A DNA stretch of 43,795 bases, taken from NCBI GenBank assembly GCA_030602805.1, contig JAUVZA010000003.1:1-43795 (forward strand), read 5' to 3'. The position numbers and the translations under genes were made by a program. Below, piece by piece: positions 36,411 to 43,795 of the stretch. A model generated the notes under the pieces. It ran no database searches and was not told the origin of the DNA. It worked only from the letters and a program-made list of their open reading frames with translations. This DNA comes from Dehalococcoidia bacterium. Its GTDB lineage: Bacteria; Chloroflexota; Dehalococcoidia; Dehalococcoidales; JAUVZA01. Every line of letters begins with the position of its first letter. Positions within the stretch are counted from its first letter, which is position 1.

Positions 36411-36499
36411 TCTCCAGCTTCAGCTCCTAAGACTACCCTTCTGGAGTACTGGGCTCACTTTTTGCGGTGGTTTCTTCGTTGAATACTTCTATTCAGCAG

Positions 36500-37552
36500 T
36501 TATATCGGTATTTCCGCCATCACTGTAGTGCCTTTGCCTGGCTTAGATTCAATTCTAACACTGCCGTCTAATAGCCGCATACGCTCCTGCATCCCAATAA
36601 GTCCCAGTTTGCCGGCACGAGACAGGTCTTCTAAATTTCCTGGTAGGCGAAATCCCACGCCATTATCCGTAATGCTCACTCTAGTTCTACCATCACCAAA
36701 TTCTATGGTGGCCTCAGCCTTTGTGGCTCTGGAATGTCTCCCGATGTTTCTCATCGCCTCCTGAACGATGCGGAAAAGTATTAGCTCTGTCTCAGGAGTA
36801 AAGCGTCGCTCGGTGCCGAGCACTTCCAAATCTGCCTTTATTCCATGTTGTTCCTTTAGCTCGCTGACCAGCCAGCGCAGTGCTGCCAACAATCCCAAAT
36901 CATCCAACATAGGTGGCCTTAGGTCTTGACCGAAGCGCTGCACGTCCTGCAAAACCTCTTTAATCTGTTTGCCCAAGTCTTCTAAGAAGGCAGCATTGGC
37001 TGTCGGCAGGTTCGTATTACTTCGAACAAAATTGTCCACTTGGCGGTTAAGGGCATAAAGAGTCTGAGCAGTAACATCATGAAGCTCTCGGGCAATACGC
37101 TTGCGTTCTTCTTCCTGAGCCCTAGTAATCTCCTGGAGATAATAGCGCAGGTTGTCCTGTGCTGAATTCAGTTGTGCTAATGCTGCTTCGGTCCTCCCCT
37201 TTTCCTTCACCAGTGTCCAACTCCACAATGAGACTAGCACGCCTACCAGGACGACCCCCACCGTTTCCAGAATGGCATCTGCAGGAGCAGGTGAGATTAA
37301 GGTAGCCCGGGGAAGCATAACAAGCAGTGCAGCAAAGGAGGTGGCTAGGCCCCCAGTTAGCTTGAAGATATAGGCAGAATAGATTATGGGTACTAGAAAA
37401 AGAATGCGTTCCAAGGTATGTCGAGTTAGACCAAAGTGGAAACCAGGGTCGACTGTGCCTGCGTTACCTATCAAACAGGCATAGTGAAGCACGCTACAGA
37501 ATGTGAACAAGGCTAGGATCAGCCAGAAATGACGGTTGCGTATAATTCTCAT
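36500..37552 (-). CDS. membrane sensor histidine kinase (HisKA_3, NarX/UhpB type)
   Basis: N-terminal TMs; EEERKRIARELHD, QEAMRNI, DNGVGF, LGLIGMQER. Confidence 0.93.
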   Translation of the reverse strand: MRIIRNRHFWLILALFTFCSVLHYACLIGNAGTVDPGFHFGLTRHTLERILFLVPIIYSAYIFKLTGGLATSFAALLVMLPRATLISPAPADAILETVGVVLVGVLVSLWSWTLVKEKGRTEAALAQLNSAQDNLRYYLQEITRAQEEERKRIARELHDVTAQTLYALNRQVDNFVRSNTNLPTANAAFLEDLGKQIKEVLQDVQRFGQDLRPPMLDDLGLLAALRWLVSELKEQHGIKADLEVLGTERRFTPETELILFRIVQEAMRNIGRHSRATKAEATIEFGDGRTRVSITDNGVGFRLPGNLEDLSRAGKLGLIGMQERMRLLDGSVRIESKPGKGTTVMAEIPI

Positions 37553-37579
37553 AGGTGAAGCCTCAAAATGCTGAGTTTC

Positions 37580-38242
37580 TCAGAGGTCTTCCAGGGTAAA
37601 CCACCCCCTTTTCAGGCTATATACTACCGCCTCAGAGCGGGAGCCCACTCCCAGTTTGTTAAAGATGCTCCTCATATTGGCTTGAACAGTGCGCTCGCTG
37701 ATGAAGAGAGTCTTACCGACATTCTTATTGCTCATGCCTTTGGCTGCGCTCTTGAGCACTTCCATCTCACGTTCACTCAAGACTTCTACGGATGTGGCCG
37801 ATGCTGGCCCAGTAGCTGGAGAGCTAAAGTGGCTAATTAACTTGCGAAGGACTATAGGGTGAAGTATCTGCTCTCCGGCGTAGACCGCTCGGACAGCACT
37901 AATCAGCTCATCGCCGCTGACATCTTTCAATAGATAGCCAGCGGCGCCTGCTTCCAGCAGGCTGAAAATGTATTCGTCATAATCATAGCCAGTGAGGATG
38001 AGCACTATAGTTGAGGGCAATAGTTCCTTGATCTGCCTGGTAGCTTCGATGCCACTGAGTTTAGGCATAGCGACATCCATGATAATCACATCGGGTTTAA
38101 GTTGACTAGCCAATTGGACTGCTTCCTCGCCATCACCAGCCTCGCCGACAACCTCAAGGTCTTGTTCACGTTCTAGAAGCTGGCGGGTGCCTTGTCTTAC
38201 CACCACATGGTCTTCAGCGAGCAAAATCCTGATGGTATTCAT
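37580..38242 (-). CDS. NarL/LuxR-family response regulator
   Basis: LAEDH, MDVAMP, YLLK, LSEREMEVL..GMSNK..ISERTV; start moved to ATG 38242. Confidence 0.94.
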   Translation of the reverse strand: MNTIRILLAEDHVVVRQGTRQLLEREQDLEVVGEAGDGEEAVQLASQLKPDVIIMDVAMPKLSGIEATRQIKELLPSTIVLILTGYDYDEYIFSLLEAGAAGYLLKDVSGDELISAVRAVYAGEQILHPIVLRKLISHFSSPATGPASATSVEVLSEREMEVLKSAAKGMSNKNVGKTLFISERTVQANMRSIFNKLGVGSRSEAVVYSLKRGWFTLEDL

Positions 38243-38326
38243 AGCATACCTACTCCCTATCATTATAATCCGTCTTATCGATACCTTCAACTACAGTGAT
38301 TGCCCCATACTAGGAAAGCAAACATA

Positions 38327-38342
38327 TAGGCGGAAATGCCTA
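38327..38342. promoter_or_regulatory. inverted repeat, candidate regulator box
   Basis: TAGGC-N6-GCCTA in the divergent intergenic region. Confidence 0.35.
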
Positions 38343-38473
38343 GTTATAAAGGCTTAGCCAATGCGGGACTACCTGCGTTTTGGCAAAGACAAAAATAGGT
38401 GCTAAGGCGGATGGCATCAGATTCCTAATATTGTTAAATAGAGGTGGAGAACCAAGGAAGGAGGGGGGAGAAA

Positions 38474-38902
38474 ATGAAAACCAAAGTAATTGAACAGGTA
38501 GAAGAGCTTGTCAAAGACGTTACCACTGTCGAGCAAATTGCTGAGATTGAGAGGGTCATCGCTGAAGCAAAAGGAAAGATTCTACCGGGGCGAACCTTGG
38601 GCTTCTGGGAGGAGAAGACACCCTGCTGGGAGATGTTCCGTTGTCCGGAGGAGTTGAAAACTGAGTGCCCTGCGTTTAAATACCGGTCTCTACCCTGCTG
38701 GGAGATAGAGGGGACATACAGCAAGCTTTACAATTACGGGGCAAAAGGCGACAGCATTGATATCTGCCGAGGGTGCCGAGTTTACAAGAGGTATGGCCAC
38801 GGCGAGTCGATACAGATAAAGCTTCTCGGCAAGGGATTCAATGCTACTCCAGTGTTGGAGAAGAAGGTGAGATTGAGATTGAGAGGGTCAGCGCTGACGT
38901 AA
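38474..38902 (+). CDS. Cys-rich protein with two CW motifs
   Basis: PCWEMFRC...CPA...PCWEIEGT...CRGC; GGAG RBS before ATG 38474. Confidence 0.7.
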   Translation: MKTKVIEQVEELVKDVTTVEQIAEIERVIAEAKGKILPGRTLGFWEEKTPCWEMFRCPEELKTECPAFKYRSLPCWEIEGTYSKLYNYGAKGDSIDICRGCRVYKRYGHGESIQIKLLGKGFNATPVLEKKVRLRLRGSALT

Positions 38903-38917
38903 AAGGTAATACTAGAA

Positions 38918-39127
38918 ATGAAATATCTAAGAGACGACGATTGTAAAGAGTATTGCGACTACTACCCTGTTTGTGTGAAGTTTGGCAAATTATATCGAGA
39001 GGGCTGTGTATTGGATGGCGAAGAGCTCCCAGAGAAGTATCCTGAGAATACCCAAGAAAGAGAACAAAGATTATCCCTACTTCAGGGGAAGCTTGCCAAG
39101 GAAAATGAAATTCTATCTTCTAAATAA
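38918..39127 (+). CDS. small Cys-containing protein
   Basis: C-x3-C-x5-C-x10-C; in operon context. Confidence 0.5.
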   Translation: MKYLRDDDCKEYCDYYPVCVKFGKLYREGCVLDGEELPEKYPENTQEREQRLSLLQGKLAKENEILSSK

Positions 39128-39144
39128 GGAGGAGAAGCACTGAG

Positions 39145-40083
39145 TTGAAAGTTTCTGAATTTTACAAGAAAAGTAAGGCGCCGGTTTTCTCGATCGAGGT
39201 ATCCCCACCACTAAATGGAGAGTCGCTTGACCCAATATTCAACACAATAAACTCCTTTAAGGAGTTTAACCCGGCTTGGTGTAGTGTGACCTGCGGTGCT
39301 CTTGGTAGGCCACGTGGCGGAACGATACCAATCAGTGGAAGGATAAAAAGGGAGTACGGAATAGAAAGCGTGGTTCATTTTATCTGTATGGGTAGATCAA
39401 GGCAAGACATAGAAAATCTATTAACAGATATGAAATATGAAGGAGTTGAAAACGTGCTTGCATTAAGGGGCGATTCACCTAAAGGCAAGACAAGCTTTCG
39501 CTCTCACCCAAAGGGACATCGGTTTGCCTATCAGCTTGTGAGGCAAATTAAGCTCTTGAACCAAGGTAGATACTTGGCAGAAAAAGAAGGTGAATACCGT
39601 GAAGGATTGCCTACAGACTTTTGCATAAGTGTAGCCGGTTATCCAGAGGGGCATCCGGAATGCTCGGATAAGAAAGAGGACTTACAGCACTTAAAAATGA
39701 AAGTGGATGAGGGCGCAGATTACATTACCACCCAGCTTTTCTTCAACGCAGACCACTACTTAAGATTTGTGGAGAATATCAGGAAAATGGGGATACAAAT
39801 TCCCATAATCCCCGGAATAATGCCAGTAGGGAGTTGGCCCCAAATTAGATTTATTTTAAACCAACAGTTAGGAATAAATATCCCCCAACCTTTTATAGAA
39901 AAGCTTGAGAAGTACCACAGCGTGAGAGATAAGACCTCTGCACAAAAGTTTGGAATAGAATACATAGCCTCAATGTGCAAAAGCTTGATAAGTGGCGGAG
40001 CTCCAGGAATACATCTCTATACTATGAACTCACCAACCCGTGGCAGAGGAGTTATCCAAGAAACATTTAACTTAAAGAGGTAA
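39145..40083 (+). CDS. metF: methylenetetrahydrofolate reductase
   Basis: FSIEVSPP, SVT, LALRGD, VAGYPEGH, ITTQLFF, GIHLYTMN. Confidence 0.93.
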   Translation: MKVSEFYKKSKAPVFSIEVSPPLNGESLDPIFNTINSFKEFNPAWCSVTCGALGRPRGGTIPISGRIKREYGIESVVHFICMGRSRQDIENLLTDMKYEGVENVLALRGDSPKGKTSFRSHPKGHRFAYQLVRQIKLLNQGRYLAEKEGEYREGLPTDFCISVAGYPEGHPECSDKKEDLQHLKMKVDEGADYITTQLFFNADHYLRFVENIRKMGIQIPIIPGIMPVGSWPQIRFILNQQLGINIPQPFIEKLEKYHSVRDKTSAQKFGIEYIASMCKSLISGGAPGIHLYTMNSPTRGRGVIQETFNLKR

Positions 40084-40086
40084 GGG

Positions 40087-40599
40087 ATGGAAGTAACGAA
40101 GAGTGAAGCACGCCCACGAGAAGAGGTTGGAGTCGGGTATGCCGAGAGGGTCTTCAGACGAATTCAGGAGATAATTGACGATACCGGTGGACAAGCTGGT
40201 GCTCTCATTCGGGTTTTGCAACAAGCACAGGGGCTAATTGGCTATCTCCCTGTGCCGGTGCTAAAGACTATCTCTAGGGACCTAAAGGTCCCCATTAGCG
40301 AAGTATACGGGATAGTCAGCTTCTATCACTTCTTTACTATGGTGCCCAAGGGTAAGCATGTTATCCAGGTCTGCATGGGCACCAGTTGCTATGTTAAGAG
40401 AGGGCAGAGGATTCTTGATGCCTTAAAGAAAGACTTGGGACTTGAGCCTGAGGAGATTACCCCTGATGGCAAATTCTCCCTGGAAACCGTTCGCTGCCTC
40501 GGTTGCTATGGGCTATCACCAGTAATGGCTATCGGGAGTGATGTCCATAGTAAGGTGAAGGCAAGTAAGCTAAAGGATATTCTGGATTCGTATCAGTAG
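40087..40599 (+). CDS. nuoE: NuoE/HydC-like 2Fe-2S subunit
   Basis: LIRVLQQAQ..GYLP, EVYGIVSFY, CMGTSC, CLGCY. Confidence 0.88.
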   Translation: MEVTKSEARPREEVGVGYAERVFRRIQEIIDDTGGQAGALIRVLQQAQGLIGYLPVPVLKTISRDLKVPISEVYGIVSFYHFFTMVPKGKHVIQVCMGTSCYVKRGQRILDALKKDLGLEPEEITPDGKFSLETVRCLGCYGLSPVMAIGSDVHSKVKASKLKDILDSYQ

Positions 40600-40611
40600 A
40601 AGGCAATAGAA

Positions 40612-43600
40612 GTGACACGAATTTCCTCTCTAGAGGATTTGAAAAGATTAAAAGCGATTGTAGAGCCCCGTTTCAAGGTGCGTGAAGATAGGGATTTTAC
40701 TAAGATTAAGACTGCACCAGAAATTAATATCCGGGTTTGCCAAGGGAGCGGCTGCACTGCATCTGGGTCAGAGAAAATAACCAAGACCCTTGAGGAGTCT
40801 ATCAAAGCAAGCAGGCTTGAGAAAAGGGTCAAGATAATAATAACAGGGTGTCATGGTCTTTGCGAGATGGGGCCTATAGTTATAATCAATCCCGGGGATA
40901 CCCTTTATACCAGAGTGAAACCGGAGGATGTAGAAGAAATTGTAGAACGACATTTACTAAACGGGGAAATAGTGGAAAGGCTTGTTTATCATGACCCCGT
41001 AAGTGGAAAGCCAATATCAGCCTATAGTGAGATCAGCTTCTATCTAGAACAGGAAAGGAGAGTGCTACATAATAATGGCTTCATTGACCCTTGGAGTATT
41101 GATGAATACATTGCTCGAGATGGTTATCAAGCCCTGGCTAAAGTCTTGACCCAGATGAAGCCGGACAAAGTTATTGATGAGGTTAGGAAATCAGGGTTGC
41201 GGGGGCGGGGAGGAGCCGGCTTCCCCACAGCTACAAAGTGGGGGTTCGTTCGCAGTGCGCCCAGTGAGGAGAAATATGTAGTTTGTAATGGGGATGAAGG
41301 CGACCCTGGTGCTTATATGAACCGGGCAGTCCTGGAAGGCAATCCCCATTCGGTTATTGAGGGGATGGCTATCGGAGCCTATGCTATAGGGAATGTTCGC
41401 CAGGGCTATTCCTATGTCCGAGCTGAATACCCTCTTGCTATTGAAACCCTAAGCCACGCTATTGCCCAAGCCCGAGAATATGGGCTTCTGGGCAAGAATA
41501 TCTTGGGAACCGACTTTGAATTTTCTATTGACATCTTCCCCGGTGCCGGTGCTTTCGTCTGTGGCGAGGAGACAGGTCTTTTAATTTCAATTGAAGGAAA
41601 GAGGGGGAGTCCTCGCCAGAGACCTCCCTTCCCGGCAAATGTAGGGAGAGGGCTTTTTGGCAAGCCTACCACCATTAATAATGTGGAGACATGGTCAGAT
41701 ATCCCCCAGATTATTTTAAGGGGGGCTGATTGGTTCGCCGGCGTTGGCACCGAGAAAAGTAAGGGTACAAAGACCTTCAGCCTAGTAGGGAAAATAAACA
41801 ATACCGGGCTGGTGGAAGTTCCCCTGGGGACACCACTGGGCAAAATTGTCTTTGACATTGGTGAAGGGATACCAGAGGGGAAGAAATTTAAGGCAGTTCA
41901 GATAGGTGGACCTTCCGGGGGGGTTATTCCCATTGAGCATCTCAATACCCCCCTCGATTATGAAGCTGTTACCGCTCTAGGGGCAATTATGGGCTCTGGT
42001 GGGCTCGTGGTGATGGATGAGGATAGCTGTATGGTGGATGTGGCAAAATTCTTCCTTCAGTTTACCAGAGATGAGTCCTGTGGTAAATGCACCCCCTGTC
42101 GGGCCGGGATACCCAAGATGCTGGAGATTCTAAACAAGATTAGCCAGGGCGAAGGAACAATAGAAGACCTAGATGTCTTGTCGGAATTGGCTGAGATGGT
42201 TGCCTCGGCATCCCTATGCGGGTTAGGGCAAACAAGCCCAAATCCGGTCTTAACCACACTGCGACACTTCCGTGAGGAGTACGAGGCTCATATCATAGAT
42301 AAGAAGTGCCCGGCTGCCGTTTGCCAGGCTCTATTTAAAGCTCCCTGTCACCATACCTGTTCCGTGGAACTGGACATCCCCGGCTATATCAGTTTGATTA
42401 AGGAGGGCAGGTTTGTTGAGGCTTACTGCTTAATCAAACAGCGTAATCCTTTTCCCTCCATCTGTGGTCGAGTGTGCCACCACCCTTGCGAGTTTAAGTG
42501 TCGTCGAGCTCAAATCGATGAGCCAATAGCAATCAGAGACCTAAAGAGGTTCGTTGCTGACTACGCCTCTGAGCATGGGGTTGAATATGTTCCCGAGGTG
42601 AAGGGAAGAAAAGAGGAAAGGGTAGCTATCATTGGTGCTGGCCCAGCCGGGTTGTCAGCAGCCTGGGACCTCACACTGGAGGGATACCAAGTTACTGTGT
42701 TTGATGCCCTCCCTGTGGCTGGTGGGATGCTTGCCGTAGGCATTCCTGAGTATCGTCTCCCCAAGGACATTCTCAGAAAAGAAATCCACGATATCGAAAG
42801 GCTTGGGGTAGATATAAGGTTAAACACACCTATTAACGATGTTGATTCCTTGTTGAAAGATGGCTATCAAGCAGTGTTCATCGCTGTAGGTGCTCATAAA
42901 GGAGCTAAGACGGGGATTCCAGGTGAAGACCTGGCAGGAGTCTATGACTCCGTTGAGTTCCTGAAGGAAGCTAATTTAGGGAAAGAAATACAGGTAGGTA
43001 AGAGGGTAGCAGTTATCGGCGGCGGCAACTCAGCCATCGACTCAGCTAGGGTAGCTTTAAGAAAAGGGGCTGAGGAAGTACATATATTCTATAGGCGTGA
43101 AAGGAGGGATATGCCAGCTATAGCTGAAGAGGTGGAGGCTGCCGAAGAAGAGGGAATCCATCTTAACCTGCTGACAGCCCCTACCAAGATTCTGGGTGAC
43201 GATGGAAGGGTTACCGGGCTTGAGTGTATCCGCATGGAGCTGAAGGAGTTTGACCGAAGCGGTAGAAAAACCCCCTATCCGATTGAGGGTTCCGAATACA
43301 AGACAGATATTGACATGGTTATCGAAGCTATAGGTCAAAGACCTGATACCTCTTTTATAAAGGGTAACGGAATCAAAATGGAAAGAGGTGGGATAGTGAC
43401 TGTAGACCGCCGAACATTGGCCACTGGGAGGAAGGGGGTTTTTGCCGGAGGAGATGCGGTAACCGGCCCCCGGACGGCAATCGAAGCTATTGCTGCCGGG
43501 CAGAGGGCAGCCTCTTCTATAAAGAGATATCTTCAGGGGAAGGAGCTTTCGCCTTTAGTGGAGCGTGATGGCTATAGACCAATTGCTATCCCCTCGCTGC

Positions 43601-43767
43601 CGCCAAGTGAGGAGGAGACACGGGAGAAGGCTAGGATTAAGGCTGATGAAATCCCTATGAACGATAGAAAAACCTCCTTTACGGAAATAGTTTTGCCTTA
43701 CAGCCCGGAGCAAGCCAGAGAAGAGGCCTCTAGATGCCTGAGATGCGACCTTGAGGTTGAAGGGTAG
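40612..43767 (+). CDS. nuoF: NuoF/HydB-like flavoprotein fused to a GltD-like FAD/NAD(P)H oxidoreductase
   Basis: N-terminal thioredoxin-like 2Fe-2S region, GRGGAGFP, NGDEGDPG, CGEET, CGKCTPC, then CGRVCHHPCE, GAGPAG, GGGNSAID, CLRC. Confidence 0.92.
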   Translation: MTRISSLEDLKRLKAIVEPRFKVREDRDFTKIKTAPEINIRVCQGSGCTASGSEKITKTLEESIKASRLEKRVKIIITGCHGLCEMGPIVIINPGDTLYTRVKPEDVEEIVERHLLNGEIVERLVYHDPVSGKPISAYSEISFYLEQERRVLHNNGFIDPWSIDEYIARDGYQALAKVLTQMKPDKVIDEVRKSGLRGRGGAGFPTATKWGFVRSAPSEEKYVVCNGDEGDPGAYMNRAVLEGNPHSVIEGMAIGAYAIGNVRQGYSYVRAEYPLAIETLSHAIAQAREYGLLGKNILGTDFEFSIDIFPGAGAFVCGEETGLLISIEGKRGSPRQRPPFPANVGRGLFGKPTTINNVETWSDIPQIILRGADWFAGVGTEKSKGTKTFSLVGKINNTGLVEVPLGTPLGKIVFDIGEGIPEGKKFKAVQIGGPSGGVIPIEHLNTPLDYEAVTALGAIMGSGGLVVMDEDSCMVDVAKFFLQFTRDESCGKCTPCRAGIPKMLEILNKISQGEGTIEDLDVLSELAEMVASASLCGLGQTSPNPVLTTLRHFREEYEAHIIDKKCPAAVCQALFKAPCHHTCSVELDIPGYISLIKEGRFVEAYCLIKQRNPFPSICGRVCHHPCEFKCRRAQIDEPIAIRDLKRFVADYASEHGVEYVPEVKGRKEERVAIIGAGPAGLSAAWDLTLEGYQVTVFDALPVAGGMLAVGIPEYRLPKDILRKEIHDIERLGVDIRLNTPINDVDSLLKDGYQAVFIAVGAHKGAKTGIPGEDLAGVYDSVEFLKEANLGKEIQVGKRVAVIGGGNSAIDSARVALRKGAEEVHIFYRRERRDMPAIAEEVEAAEEEGIHLNLLTAPTKILGDDGRVTGLECIRMELKEFDRSGRKTPYPIEGSEYKTDIDMVIEAIGQRPDTSFIKGNGIKMERGGIVTVDRRTLATGRKGVFAGGDAVTGPRTAIEAIAAGQRAASSIKRYLQGKELSPLVERDGYRPIAIPSLPPSEEETREKARIKADEIPMNDRKTSFTEIVLPYSPEQAREEASRCLRCDLEVEG

Positions 43768-43770
43768 ATA

Positions 43771-43795
43771 ATGAGTGAGATAACCTTGACAATCA
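43771..43795 (+). CDS. start of next subunit (likely NuoG/HydA/FdhA-type 2Fe-2S N-terminus), truncated by window end
   Basis: MSEITLTI directly after the nuoF-like gene. Confidence 0.5.

Larger units (their letters stand above)
14450..36440. mobile_element. integrated mobile element / genomic island with defence cargo (boundaries approximate)
   Basis: Replication initiator, serine and tyrosine recombinases, RM-type cargo, phage/ICE-like small genes between housekeeping blocks; no virion or conjugation genes seen. Confidence 0.75.

Noticed and set aside
940-43338. Many antisense or nested ORFs in the track (e.g. 940-1314, 5276-5728, 17312-17743, 41412-41858)
   Set aside because: They overlap well-supported genes on the opposite strand or in another frame and show no recognisable motifs.

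Overview
The gene content resembles Chloroflexota, probably Dehalococcoidia (inferred, not verified), and the window has three parts. (1) 1-14.4 kb: housekeeping genes (MFS, proB, proA, rph, eIF-2B-like, NUDIX, CinA/PncC, DUF4349, comEC, comEA), several orphan inserts, and five copies of a ~90-155 bp hairpin-rich MITE-like repeat, one with a clean 8-bp target-site duplication. (2) ~14.45-36.44 kb: an integrated mobile element upstream of comEA. Its backbone has an XRE HTH, a DUF4373/DnaD-like initiator, a serine recombinase, a minimal FimB/E-sized tyrosine recombinase with a wHTH-like partner, a sigma-like gene, a beta-clamp-like gene and small genes. Its defence-type cargo is a C5-MTase/Mig glycosylase/nuclease/MORC-histidine kinase/receiver operon, a split Type III-like RM system and a PGN_0703-like nuclease with an HhH-like partner. 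(3) 36.5-43.8 kb: a NarL-type two-component pair divergent from a metF-nuoE-nuoF/gltD-fusion operon. The strongest unexplained signals lie inside the element. These are four same-orientation copies of a GCGACACCCTGrGGG-core site, three of which head separate gene blocks; a 14-bp inverted core pair (TAA-GGGAGAA-TTA) bracketing the tyrosine recombinase and all cargo; a triplicated structured leader upstream of RBSs; and four ORFs broken by in-frame TAG codons. All family assignments come from motif recognition by eye; no searches were run.
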